Of a stretch of DNA of 64,000 nt, positions 36,360-45,579 are shown one piece after another (the stretch's first letter is position 1; each line of letters opens with the position of its first letter). Below the pieces are notes generated by a model. It did no database searches and was not told the origin of the DNA. It saw only the letters and a list, made by a program, of their open reading frames with translations. The position numbers were made by a program, and so were the translations under genes. This stretch comes from a virus (Duplodnaviria > Caudoviricetes). The stretch lies in IMG/VR virus record IMGVR_UViG_3300044961_000667, one strand, 5' to 3'.

Positions 36360-37080
36360 TCGCCTTCTCCCTCTGTTTCGCGCGCCAACGGCGCTTCTCG
36401 ATGTTCGCCTTGTCTCGGAAGACCGGGTCCTCTCGGCGACGTCGCTTCTTGTACTCGTTCTCGCGCTTCCGGTTGTCGCGCGCCCACTTCGCGTCCCGTT
36501 CGCGCTTCTTCTTCACCAGCGCGACCACCCGCGGATCATCGGGCTTCTCTCGCCTCAGCTTCGCCAGCTCCTGACTGCGGCGACGGCCCTGGCACTTCAT
36601 GCACTCGCCACGCGACGCGTGACGCTGGTTCGGAGCCGTGCCGTTGGTGCCGCACACCACGCAGCGATCGTGGTACCGCGACCACCGCACCGTCGGCTGC
36701 CCGTACCTGGACAGGAACACCAGGTCCCGGCCCTCCTGCAGGAAGTCGACAATCTCCTCGAACTGCTCGTCCGAGATGACGTACCGCGTGCCGCCCTTCC
36801 CATCAGCGCGCACCTTCCGCGACTTCGCACGGCGCCACTTCTGGCCCAGCGCCAGCCGCGCTCGCTTCACCTGCTTCCAGTTGTACCCGGTCTCCTTGAT
36901 GATCCGGGCCATCGTCCACGTGCCCTGCCACACGTCGATCCCCAGCGTTCTGCTGCGCGACTTGATGGCCTTCCAGCTTCTCCCAGGCAGCAGCTGCAGC
37001 AGGCGATCTCTCGTCGCACCGCCGGCGTAGTTGAAGAGCAGGTTGTCTTCGGCCTTCGTCCATGACGGCGACTTCGGCAT
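35968..37080 (-). CDS. Myb/SANT-like HTH protein with Cys-rich and basic domains
   Basis: WTKAEDNLL...LPGRSWKAIKSRSRTLG; CVVC...H...CMKC. The last ~130 codons overlap the next gene and look non-native. Confidence 0.6.
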   Translation of the reverse strand: MPKSPSWTKAEDNLLFNYAGGATRDRLLQLLPGRSWKAIKSRSRTLGIDVWQGTWTMARIIKETGYNWKQVKRARLALGQKWRRAKSRKVRADGKGGTRYVISDEQFEEIVDFLQEGRDLVFLSRYGQPTVRWSRYHDRCVVCGTNGTAPNQRHASRGECMKCQGRRRSQELAKLRREKPDDPRVVALVKKKRERDAKWARDNRKRENEYKKRRRREDPVFRDKANIEKRRWRAKQREKANGPVGESDGGVDREVREGGRTAPGHPGTGAAAVRGGQRGSVGDHVGDEALAVHAEAGAEAGHEGPEVRRVRSREMSMGGGGEVREEGGIQPPVQDGRAAEPASRPGPEQVRAGEAPSDGAGPSDGAEDVG

Positions 37081-37083
37081 CGG

Positions 37084-37377
37084 CTACCCCCGAATCACTC
37101 GAATCCTTCCGCAGGAGCACAGCATCCGCACCGAGCCGTCTTCCTGTACCTCGGCGTGCTCAAGAGGCTCACCGCAGCGATCGCATCGGTCCGGCAGGGG
37201 CACCCGCTTCCTCTTCACTTCGAGCGGCCAGAAGAACACGACCTGCACGAAGGCCAGGAAGTGATCTCCAGCGTGACGGGCCACGCTGGAGATCCGCCCC
37301 AGAAAGAACAGCCAGTACACGAAGCCACGGGTGACGTAGAGCACCACGAAGACTCCGAGCGCGATCTTCCAGGCCAT
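37084..37377 (-). CDS. Small membrane protein with C-terminal zinc ribbon
   Basis: Hydrophobic N-terminus; CDRC...CSC. Confidence 0.6.
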   Translation of the reverse strand: MAWKIALGVFVVLYVTRGFVYWLFFLGRISSVARHAGDHFLAFVQVVFFWPLEVKRKRVPLPDRCDRCGEPLEHAEVQEDGSVRMLCSCGRIRVIRG

Positions 37378-37421
37378 TCTGAAAGCTACAGCCGGTTTCT
37401 CAGTCGTTGTCTACAGCCGGC

Positions 37422-38210
37422 TCAGAAAGCCTTGTTGCCGTGCTTGAAGCCGCGCGCCCGGTTCTTCTCCAGCTTGGCCGCCACGATGCTCCACATGCGG
37501 TTGGCCGGGTCGAGCTTGTCGCACAGCGCCTCGCAGTCGACGATCAGCCGACCGAACTCTCGCTGCATCTCCTGCGCGTTCGGCGTCTCCGGCTTCCGGT
37601 ACGCCTCCATCAGCCGGAACGACGGCATCACCACCAGCCGCATCACCTGGGCGTAGAAGTGCTCCATCGAGAAGAGCCGCAGGTCGCGCTCCACCTTGTG
37701 CACCCCGACTCGCGTCAGCCCCGTGATGTTGTAGTACGCCAGCTGCGGATTCATCTCCAGCTTCCGCATCAGGTGCAGCACCCGAATCACCACGTCGGCG
37801 AACTCGATCTGCATCCGCTTCACCCACTCCGCCGTCGGCACCGGCTCACCATTCTCGCCGACCTGGCCGACCTCGAACTCCTCGCACGCTTCCGACGCCT
37901 CGCTGGCGCACAGGGCGAACTTCATCCCCAGCTCCAGCTTGTTGCTGAGATCGATGGTCCACCCGTTCATCTCGTTCACTTCCGTCACTTCGTTCGCGAT
38001 CTCGACGAGATTCACGCCAACGGTCGATTCGTTCTGCACTGGCACCTCCAGAGGATGTTGGACTTCCCACGGGAAACAACGAGCCAGCTGCGGGAAGGTC
38101 AGCCGGCTCAACATCTCGTTCTGTTGAGCCCTGCTGCTCCGCGAGTACAGGAGCTTCAGCTGCTCATCCGAGACTGCGCTCAGGTCCTGGGAAGCGTCTT
38201 CTTGGCCCAT
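37422..38210 (-). CDS. MazG-like (all-alpha) nucleotide pyrophosphohydrolase
   Basis: ALCASEASEACEE...IEFADVVIRVLHL...AAKLEKNRARGFKHG. Confidence 0.75.
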   Translation of the reverse strand: MGQEDASQDLSAVSDEQLKLLYSRSSRAQQNEMLSRLTFPQLARCFPWEVQHPLEVPVQNESTVGVNLVEIANEVTEVNEMNGWTIDLSNKLELGMKFALCASEASEACEEFEVGQVGENGEPVPTAEWVKRMQIEFADVVIRVLHLMRKLEMNPQLAYYNITGLTRVGVHKVERDLRLFSMEHFYAQVMRLVVMPSFRLMEAYRKPETPNAQEMQREFGRLIVDCEALCDKLDPANRMWSIVAAKLEKNRARGFKHGNKAF

Positions 38211-41080
38211 GGCCCGTTGACGACTACGGAATCCTCCGCGCTGTCAACGTCCTCGGGAGCCTCCGCATCAGCCATCTGCTCGTGCAGCTGGCCGAGGACT
38301 TCCGGGTCGAACGCCTCCGCGAGGAAGCGCGAGGGCTCGATGAAGCGACCGAACTTCTCCTGCACATGGGACAGGTGGACCTTGTCCTTCGCCCGCGTGA
38401 TGGCCACGTAGGCCAGCCGCCTCTCTTCCTGAATCTTGTCGGCCGCCATCGACTTGATGTGCGGCAGCATCCCTTCGCCCCAGCCCACGCCGAACACCCA
38501 CGTGAACTCCAGGCCCTTGGAGCGGTGGATCGTCATCAGCTTCACGGTGTCGCTGGAGAGCTGCGCCTCCTTGTCCTTCACCGTGCTCGCCTCGGCGATG
38601 AACTCCATGAACTCCTCGTACGTCCCGTACTGGCGAGCGATCTCAATCAGCTCCCGCACGTTCTCCGCCCGGTCGCTCACCACCTCGCCGCCCCGTTCCT
38701 CCGGCCGCTCGTAGTGCTGCTGCAGCGTCTGGTCGGGGTGCACCGTGCCGCGAACGTCCAGGATGTCCTCGATGATCTCCACCGGCGTCATCGCCTTCAA
38801 CGAGCGCAGGTGGGCGATGTCGTTCGCCAACGACCTGGCGCCACGCTCCATGTACGGCCGGCTGAAGCGACCGTTCAGCGTGCGCAGGGCATCACCGGTG
38901 CGCCCCTTCGCCGCCCGGTACTCGTTCCACCACGCCTTCCCGAGGTACCGCGGCGGCGTGTTGTACGCCCGCTCCAGCGCATCGTCGTCGTTCGGGTCGC
39001 CGATGAGCTTCAGGTACGCCACCACGTCCATGATCTCCGCCCGCCCGAAGAACGGCGCCGAGCCGTAGATGATGTACGGGATCCCCGTCTTCCGGAGCGC
39101 ATCCTCCACCGGCGCCGACTGGTAGTTGCTGCGGTACAGCACCGCGAAGTCCTTCGGCTTCATCCCGGCGTCGAGGCCAGCCTTGATCTGGTCCTTCACC
39201 CACTGCGCCTCAGCCCCGGTGTCTCGGTGAGACACGATCACCGGCTGCACGCCCTCCTCCCGCTGGGTGAACAGCTCCTTCGGGATGCGCTCGGTGTTCT
39301 TCTCGATCAGCCGATTGGCAGCCCGAACGATGACGTTCACCGAGCGGTAGTTCCTCGCGAGGAACAGCTTCTCGACGTTGGGCCGCTCCGCGAACTCCAG
39401 CATGAACTGCGGGACCGCGCCGCGCCAGGCGTAGATGCCCTGGCAGTTGTGCGTCACAATGCCGTCGGCCACGTAGGTGTGATCATTCTCAACCGTCAAC
39501 GAGTACACCGGGCCGCTGTACGACTCGTGCCTGATGACGAACGGAACGTACAAACTTCCGGTCACCCTGCTTCCATCCACCGACACCGCTTTCGACAGCG
39601 GCAACATCTCCATCCCGTCGAACAAGTTAACAGCCCGAACCACAGTGGGTCGGCGCGTCTGCAGATAGGCTTCGCCTTTCTGCCAGAGCGGATAGTTCAC
39701 ATCCTTGCGGTGGGCCGTCAACGCAGCCGCCGCTGCGTTCCGGTTGCTGCCCAGTTTCGACCAGAAGGCATCAAGCTGATCTTGGCTCAGTCGCAGATCG
39801 TTGGTGCTCGCCCTGAAGCACAAAGTCGGAACACCGAACGACCACGCTGTAACCATCTCGGCGAGAGCCGCCTGGTCTCTCGTGTCGTGAACGCTGAGAA
39901 TCCAAACCGCATCAGCCTTTTCCTGGTTGGCCCGGAGAACCACTCCAATGCGCTTGTGCTGGCTGGCCATTCGACCACTGGTGATGCCGATCCGGTAGTC
40001 GTCGCCGCGCCGCATCATGTAGACAACGTGTTTCTTCAACAGCTCGTCGCCAAACCGAACAACGCAGTGATGGTTCGGCGTGTACCGAGACTCCAACCCG
40101 TCCGGCGTACGAACAACAACCAACTCGCCGACGTGAGGCTTCACCATCACCCTCGACACCACGGAACCAGTTCTACGCAGATGGCTGTGCGCCATATCGT
40201 AGCTCACTACAACGTCTCCCTCGCGCACCTGCTCGATTGGCACCTGCTTCATCTCCGTTGGAACACCTTGCTTTCCCCGTCCCAGCGACTTGTACCGCTG
40301 CGTCACCACCGTCACCATCGTCCCCGGCGGCTGGCAGTCGTCGCCGATCATCATCAGGTTGCCGTCCTTCGTCGCCACCAGCTGAGCCAGCTCGATCTGC
40401 GCCTTGTTGTTGTCCTGGCACTCGTCGACCATCACGTAGCGGTAGCGCTCACGGACCTCCGCCCGCAGCCGCTCGTTCGACGAGAGCAGCTTCCACGCGT
40501 AGTAGAGCATGTCGTCGAAATCGAGCACCCGCTCTTCGTTCTTCCGCTTCTCGTACAGCGAGTAGAAGTCCGACATCGACGTCGCCTGGTGGTCGGACAG
40601 CAGCTGCTGCCGCATCTCCTCCGGGCCCATCAGCGAGTTCTTCGCCTTCGCGATGGCGATGATCACGTCCTCCGGCAGCCACTCCTCCGTGCGGTAGCCG
40701 AGGTCCTTGATGACGTTGATGATCATCGTCTTCTTGTTCTTCAGCACCGTGTAGCCGCCGTACCCGTTGTTCCGCAGCAGCGAGAAGCCGAAGCTGTGGA
40801 ACGTCGAGATCGTCGGCCGGCGCCCTCTCACGCCGAGGTTCTCCATCAGGTCGTCGAGGCGACCGTTCATCTCCTCCGCGGCGTTCTTGGTGAACGTCAC
40901 GGCGAGAATCTGGCTGTCGGGGATGCCGCGGGCGAGGAGAGCCACCACGCGGTGGATCAAGCACCTCGTCTTCCCCGCGCCTGGGCCGGCAATCACCAGG
41001 CACGGTCCATCGAAGTGCTCCGCCACCTTCTGTTGGGCCTCGTCGAGACCCGACAGAACCTTCTGCAGATCGTTGCTCAT
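38180..41080 (-). CDS. uvrD: UvrD/PcrA SF1 helicase, intein-containing
   Basis: AGPGAGKT, VTFTKNAA, STFHS, VDECQD, GDD[intein]CQGIYAWRGA, NYRS, TIHRSKGLEF, EERRLAYVAITRAK. Start MSNDLQ after GGAG. Confidence 0.93.
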   Translation of the reverse strand: MSNDLQKVLSGLDEAQQKVAEHFDGPCLVIAGPGAGKTRCLIHRVVALLARGIPDSQILAVTFTKNAAEEMNGRLDDLMENLGVRGRRPTISTFHSFGFSLLRNNGYGGYTVLKNKKTMIINVIKDLGYRTEEWLPEDVIIAIAKAKNSLMGPEEMRQQLLSDHQATSMSDFYSLYEKRKNEERVLDFDDMLYYAWKLLSSNERLRAEVRERYRYVMVDECQDNNKAQIELAQLVATKDGNLMMIGDDCQPPGTMVTVVTQRYKSLGRGKQGVPTEMKQVPIEQVREGDVVVSYDMAHSHLRRTGSVVSRVMVKPHVGELVVVRTPDGLESRYTPNHHCVVRFGDELLKKHVVYMMRRGDDYRIGITSGRMASQHKRIGVVLRANQEKADAVWILSVHDTRDQAALAEMVTAWSFGVPTLCFRASTNDLRLSQDQLDAFWSKLGSNRNAAAAALTAHRKDVNYPLWQKGEAYLQTRRPTVVRAVNLFDGMEMLPLSKAVSVDGSRVTGSLYVPFVIRHESYSGPVYSLTVENDHTYVADGIVTHNCQGIYAWRGAVPQFMLEFAERPNVEKLFLARNYRSVNVIVRAANRLIEKNTERIPKELFTQREEGVQPVIVSHRDTGAEAQWVKDQIKAGLDAGMKPKDFAVLYRSNYQSAPVEDALRKTGIPYIIYGSAPFFGRAEIMDVVAYLKLIGDPNDDDALERAYNTPPRYLGKAWWNEYRAAKGRTGDALRTLNGRFSRPYMERGARSLANDIAHLRSLKAMTPVEIIEDILDVRGTVHPDQTLQQHYERPEERGGEVVSDRAENVRELIEIARQYGTYEEFMEFIAEASTVKDKEAQLSSDTVKLMTIHRSKGLEFTWVFGVGWGEGMLPHIKSMAADKIQEERRLAYVAITRAKDKVHLSHVQEKFGRFIEPSRFLAEAFDPEVLGQLHEQMADAEAPEDVDSAEDSVVVNGPWAKKTLPRT
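39446..40336 (-). mobile_element. Intein (297 aa) in UvrD motif III with a GIY-YIG-like central domain
   Basis: Starts CQPPGTMV and ends DGIVTHN before Cys (+1). Central VYMMRRGDDYRIGIT...QAALAE; no LAGLIDADG motif seen. Confidence 0.9.
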
Positions 41081-41137
41081 TTGCTCTCCCTTGGTGCCAC
41101 CTGTTGCCCGTTGAGTGTCGGGGTCACCACCAAGCAG

Positions 41138-41171
41138 ATGAAACCACCGTTTCTCCTGCTTTGTCAAGAGG
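41138..41171 (-). promoter_or_regulatory. CCTC-TTGACA-18-TTTCAT promoter upstream of uvrD
   Basis: -35 at 41162-41167. Confidence 0.55.
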
Positions 41172-42027
41172 AAGGCGGCTCCGGCGGCTTGTAGTTCAGC
41201 ACCACGATCTCCTCGACATCTCCGCGCTTCTCGTAGTGCGTGTTGATCGACCGCGGCGCCGTCACCGTCCGCACCTCGAACTTCGAGTACAGCGCCTTCA
41301 CCTTCGGGTGACTGCTGTTCGACAGCATCACCTTGACGCCGCGGTCCGTCAGGCGGGAGTACGTCTCCGCCAGCTTCTTGTGGTCGAGCAGCGAGAACTC
41401 ACCCGCGGTGTACGCCGTGAAGCTCGACGTCTTCGACACCGGAAGGTACGGCGGGTCCATGTAGACGAAGTCGCCTTCCTCCGCGTGCGTCAGCACCGCC
41501 TGGTAGGTCACCACGTCCAGCATCGTCCCCCGCAGAGCCTCGGAGCACGCCCGCAGGTTGTCGCGATCGCACACGGTCGGACGGTTCTTGAACTTGCCAG
41601 GCGGGACGTTGAAGCGGCCCTTGTCGTTGACCCGGTACAGGCCGTTGTAGCCCGTCTTGTTCAGGAAGATCATCCGCGCCGCACGCTGCTCTTCGGTCAA
41701 CGACCGCGGCATCTGCTCGCGCACCGAGTAGTAGTACTCGTCCCCGCCGGCAGTCCACGCCTGGTCGTGCTCGTCGAGCCGCTTCACCACGTCCTCGACC
41801 CGGTCTCGCACCATCTTGTACGACCAGATCAGCTCCTCGTTGACGTCGGAGAGCACCACCCGCTTGGCCGCCTTGAGCTTCCCGGCCGCAGCCAGCGAGT
41901 AGAACATCGCCCCTCCGCCGAGGAACGGCTCCATGTACGTGCCGAACTCGGCAGGTAGCATCCCGGCCAGGGTCTCCAACAACGCACCCTTGCCACCAAC
42001 CCACTTCAGAAACGGTCTCGCGCTCAA
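41164..42027 (-). CDS. dam: Dam-family DNA adenine methyltransferase
   Basis: FLKWVGGK, YMEPFLGGGA, SDVN, NKTGYNGLYRVN...FNVP, YMDPPY, VMLSNS. Confidence 0.93.
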   Translation of the reverse strand: MSARPFLKWVGGKGALLETLAGMLPAEFGTYMEPFLGGGAMFYSLAAAGKLKAAKRVVLSDVNEELIWSYKMVRDRVEDVVKRLDEHDQAWTAGGDEYYYSVREQMPRSLTEEQRAARMIFLNKTGYNGLYRVNDKGRFNVPPGKFKNRPTVCDRDNLRACSEALRGTMLDVVTYQAVLTHAEEGDFVYMDPPYLPVSKTSSFTAYTAGEFSLLDHKKLAETYSRLTDRGVKVMLSNSSHPKVKALYSKFEVRTVTAPRSINTHYEKRGDVEEIVVLNYKPPEPPSS

Positions 42028-42566
42028 GCTGGAATTCCTCCTTCGGCAGCTCTGTACCCCTCTCGCACCTTCGTCAAGATGTCAGGCTCCAATCGCCACA
42101 ACTTTTGGTAGCCGCGACACTTCACCGGCTCGATGGGACGCAGATCGGTCAACAGCCACCCGAACGGACCCACGAACCACTCCAGATCCATCTCCGTCGG
42201 CTTGAAGCCCTCCAGCAGCTTCACCTCCATGACGGTCTCGTCCTCGCTGACCCAGCGCTTCGTGTTGTCCAGCATGTCGGGCGAGTCCACCTCCGTCACG
42301 CAGCCCACGAGACGGCCAACGCCGATGATCGCCGAGTCGACGTGCGTCGCGTCCCTCCGCAGGATGTCTCGATGGGGCCCATTCGCGACAAACTGCTCCG
42401 CGTCAGGGTCCCACGCCTTCCCCGCGTGAATCGCGATGTGCTTCCCGTACATCCAGGATGGCGGCGTCCACGGCCTGTTCTCGATGCGCTTGAAACCCTG
42501 GGCCACCCAATGCGCCCAGGGCCGCCACAGCGTGAGGCCCATGATCGACGGATACAGAACGCTCAT
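42024..42566 (-). CDS. ASCH-domain protein
   Basis: GLTLWRPWAHWVAQGFKRIENRPW...IAIHAGK, GPFGWLL, CRGYQKLW; ATGA-coupled. Confidence 0.85.
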   Translation of the reverse strand: MSVLYPSIMGLTLWRPWAHWVAQGFKRIENRPWTPPSWMYGKHIAIHAGKAWDPDAEQFVANGPHRDILRRDATHVDSAIIGVGRLVGCVTEVDSPDMLDNTKRWVSEDETVMEVKLLEGFKPTEMDLEWFVGPFGWLLTDLRPIEPVKCRGYQKLWRLEPDILTKVREGYRAAEGGIPA

Positions 42567-43600
42567 CGCGGGAACTCCTGGATCTGAAGCTCGGCCGGCC
42601 ACTCAGCCGGAACGGCACCGTGGTGCTCCTTGAAGAGCACCGAGAAGTACGTCGGCTGGTCCTTCAACGCCTTGCCGTGCATCGGGCCCATGCGCCCGCA
42701 CAGATCGGAGTCGACGTTGCTGATCGGGTTGTCGCCCATCTGCTTCACGAAGGGCGTCACCTTCGCGGCCCTGCACTGCTCGACGATGGAGCGCGCCCAC
42801 GAGAGATCGAACGCTCTCGCCTTCGAGCCGCTCTCGCCACCGACGATGACCCAGTGCAGGCCCTGGCCCATCTTCACGTTCGGCACGAACTGGGCGGTCT
42901 TGTCCGCGCACGACGCGCAGAAGCTCTCGCTCTGCTTCGCCGTGGTGTTCGCCGCCTTCCAGTCGTACGCGCACTTCGAGCACTTCCACAGCTGCCCGAG
43001 CCACTTCGACAGGTCCAGCGGTCCCAGCAAGGGCTCGCACGACAGGAACCGCACCGCCGCGGGGACCGACAGCAGCAGCGGGATCCGGACGTCGGCAGCC
43101 TCCTGGTTCTCCACCGTCGTCCCGAGCCACACGTTGGGCGGCGGCGTTCCATCGACCCACGCCTGCAGCCAGTCGACGGTCTCCATCGGCACATCAGGAG
43201 TCCTGACGAACGCGTCGATCGCAGCCGACAGGTGGCGCTTGATGTTCTGCGGCCTCTTCGTCAACAAGAGCCAGTCCAGGTTGGGCGTGCTCCTGATCAG
43301 GTGGAACAGCTCCAGCCTCCACACGTCGGAGACTTCCTCGTCGAACACGTCGGAGAGGGACGAGCAGAAGACCCTGGGCCTCGTGCCGGCGAGCTTCGCC
43401 TTGCGATCCCACGACAACGGCTTCCGCCAGTTCGACGCGACCGTCCTTCTCCGCGGCGCTCCCTTGCCCCAGTTGCCGCCGTCGAACCGCTTGTTCCGCG
43501 TCTCGGCGTAGCAGTTCGTGCACCCGGCCGAGACCTTCGTGCACCCCTCCCATCCGTTGAACGTGGCATCGCACCAACTGATCGCAGTCGTGTCACCCAT
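42563..43600 (-). CDS. Phage Gp37/Gp68 family (DUF5131, radical-SAM-like) protein
   Basis: ISWCDATFNGWEGCTKVSAGCTNCYAE, VFCSSLSD, LLLTKRP, NVWLGTTVENQ, RFLSCEPLLG, WVIVGGESG. Confidence 0.9.
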   Translation of the reverse strand: MGDTTAISWCDATFNGWEGCTKVSAGCTNCYAETRNKRFDGGNWGKGAPRRRTVASNWRKPLSWDRKAKLAGTRPRVFCSSLSDVFDEEVSDVWRLELFHLIRSTPNLDWLLLTKRPQNIKRHLSAAIDAFVRTPDVPMETVDWLQAWVDGTPPPNVWLGTTVENQEAADVRIPLLLSVPAAVRFLSCEPLLGPLDLSKWLGQLWKCSKCAYDWKAANTTAKQSESFCASCADKTAQFVPNVKMGQGLHWVIVGGESGSKARAFDLSWARSIVEQCRAAKVTPFVKQMGDNPISNVDSDLCGRMGPMHGKALKDQPTYFSVLFKEHHGAVPAEWPAELQIQEFPR

Positions 43601-44984
43601 GCAGTTTCTCCATCCTGGTTTTCAAGTCCTCGTACCGCGCCATCCATCGGGCTCGCGTTTGCCGCCAGTCGGGCCACTCCGAGACATCCAGGCCGGGCAC
43701 CTGCTGACCGGTGCCCTGCCACTTCTCGGGACGCTCCTCGATCGGGAACATCACCGTCGCCTCGGTGCCGAACACGTCCATGTCGGCCGTCTTCACGACG
43801 CCATTCATCGGCCATCGGAAGCGGAACTGCTGCGCCAGCGCGTTCATCAGCTTGTCTTCGAGCGGCGCGTACAGCGGCTTGAGCAACATCTTCACCGGAC
43901 TCGGGATGTCCTTCAGCCCGAGCCCCTCGGAGGCGTCGTGGAAGAGGCCGTCCCACGCGCACAGAAGACGCTCCACCTCATCCTTGCCGGCGAGCTGCTC
44001 CGCCCACAGGCTGACGTTGATCGAATGCTGCGCCACTGAGTTGTGGGCCCCGAACCCATCGGCGAAATACGTCCTCGTTGACGTCTCCATTGCGACTACC
44101 GGACCTGGCGAAAGCTCCTCCGCCGCCACAACCTCTAACGTCTCGATGCTCGGAAACTCAAAGGGCGCCGACCCGGCCTTCAGCGCCGTCTGCAACTTCT
44201 GCATGAGACGCACCGGCTTGATGGTCCCAAACAGCCGAAAGACCTCACGCCACCCGCCAAGGACTCGCAGATTCATCACACCAGTCTTCTTGGACTTCGG
44301 GTCGATGCGACAAGCAAATCCGGCCTGTCGAAGAAGACCGCTGGCCGCGTCGAGAACAACACCCGGCTTCTGAGCAAATCCAGTTGTCGTGCCACGCGAC
44401 CTGGACCCGGTCGTAACATGACCCTCCCCGTCAAAGATTCCAGCAAGGTATCCGGTCTCGTAGGTACGAACCGTCTTCCATGGAGTAGCAAATCTCAGCA
44501 TGTGAACCCGAAGCCCACCAAGCACAGCGTCGGCTATCTGCCTGGCCGTTCTCCACCTTTGGTTTCTCGACTGCCGCATGGCGATAAGCCATGGGTGCTC
44601 CACCGACGTCGTAAGACTCGCTCCATCAGACAGCCACAGCCTCACCCTCGGTCGGATGATGATCTCGTGACGGAGAACGTTCGCCAAACGAAGACGACGA
44701 CGCGGCTTTGGTCCTCTTCGTTTCGTCGGGAACTCATCGAAAGCAATCAGCCCAGCCCCTGTAGACAGGTCTCCAGCTGGAACCCACCCGAAATCAGAAG
44801 TCAGAACCAACGACTCCGGAGACACACAGTACGGGTACGGCGCCTGCCCTCCGTACCGGGGCTCGATCGACAACCCGTGAGCGATCTGCTCCGCAGTGAA
44901 CTCCCCCGGCCTCGGGTCCGCGGGGAAGAACATCCCCGAGTTGAGCAACTGGCACCACGGACCTCTCGAACCCTGAAGCGGCAT
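43593..44984 (-). CDS. HD-domain (YfbR-like) nucleotide phosphohydrolase, intein-containing
   Basis: Spliced form reads IAHGLSIEPRYGGQAPYPY|SVAQHS...LFHDASE...DIPSPVK...AD. Confidence 0.88.
   Translation of the reverse strand: MPLQGSRGPWCQLLNSGMFFPADPRPGEFTAEQIAHGLSIEPRYGGQAPYPYCVSPESLVLTSDFGWVPAGDLSTGAGLIAFDEFPTKRRGPKPRRRLRLANVLRHEIIIRPRVRLWLSDGASLTTSVEHPWLIAMRQSRNQRWRTARQIADAVLGGLRVHMLRFATPWKTVRTYETGYLAGIFDGEGHVTTGSRSRGTTTGFAQKPGVVLDAASGLLRQAGFACRIDPKSKKTGVMNLRVLGGWREVFRLFGTIKPVRLMQKLQTALKAGSAPFEFPSIETLEVVAAEELSPGPVVAMETSTRTYFADGFGAHNSVAQHSINVSLWAEQLAGKDEVERLLCAWDGLFHDASEGLGLKDIPSPVKMLLKPLYAPLEDKLMNALAQQFRFRWPMNGVVKTADMDVFGTEATVMFPIEERPEKWQGTGQQVPGLDVSEWPDWRQTRARWMARYEDLKTRMEKLHG
44040..44828 (-). 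mobile_element. Intein (263 aa) with a single LAGLIDADG motif in the HD protein
   Basis: Starts CVSPESLV (residue 53) and ends FADGFGAHN before Ser (+1). Contains GYLAGIFDGEG; lower GC than the flanks. Confidence 0.92.
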
Positions 44985-45013
44985 CAGATCTCCCTCTCAG
45001 CTATGGTCGACCC

Positions 45014-45571
45014 ATGCGAGTCGCCGTCTACGACAAGAACCCCGGTGCAGGCTTCTCTCAGCGCTTCCTGGCCTTCACCTGGCTGGTTGGCTGCTTCCTT
45101 CACAAGCTGTTCGGCAAGCTCGACGACTACAAAGCCTGCTCGTCCTGGGACGAGGCCATCGGCTGGCTGCTCTCCCGCGAGGGAACCCTCACCTCGATCC
45201 AGTTCTGGGGGCACGGAAGCCCCGGCGCCCTCTGGAACAACGGCAAGGCCGCCTACGAGAGCACCTTCCTCAAGCTGAAGCCCAAGGTCACCCGTGAGTC
45301 GATCATCTGGTTCCGCGCCTGCAGCGTCTTCCAGGGCCAACGAGGCTGGGACTTCTCGCGTACTCTGGCCAACGGCCTCGGCTGCACCGTCGCCGGGCAC
45401 ACCCGCATCATCGGCCTTCTCCAAGGCGGGCTTCACACCCGCCAGCCCAACCAGTCTCCGATCTGGCCCATCACCGAGGGCGAGCTGTCGGGTCCGCTCG
45501 CCAAGAGCGGCATGGCGTTCGGCAACAAGACGATCTTCTGCCTCCGCGCCACCGTGCCTCCCGGCTGGTAA
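45014..45571 (+). CDS. Sole plus-strand gene; DUF4347/caspase-fold-like protein
   Basis: High GC3 in this frame; IQFWGHGSPG and IWFRACSV motifs. The opposing minus ORF reads as a shadow. Confidence 0.7.
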   Translation: MRVAVYDKNPGAGFSQRFLAFTWLVGCFLHKLFGKLDDYKACSSWDEAIGWLLSREGTLTSIQFWGHGSPGALWNNGKAAYESTFLKLKPKVTRESIIWFRACSVFQGQRGWDFSRTLANGLGCTVAGHTRIIGLLQGGLHTRQPNQSPIWPITEGELSGPLAKSGMAFGNKTIFCLRATVPPGW

Positions 45572-45579
45572 CTGCCTCG

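Noticed and set aside
42050-42078. TTGACG inside the ASCH gene as a dam promoter
   Set aside because: Lacks the CCTC prefix, and the best -10 is at 15-bp spacing.
37422-44984. 2-aminoadenine (Z) genome
   Set aside because: No PurZ in the window, and a Dam-type adenine methyltransferase argues that adenine is retained. Kept only as an analogy.
44984-45436. Minus-strand 150-aa ORF that would keep the strand uniform
   Set aside because: It reads as the shadow of the plus-strand gene, which has better codon bias and recognisable motifs.
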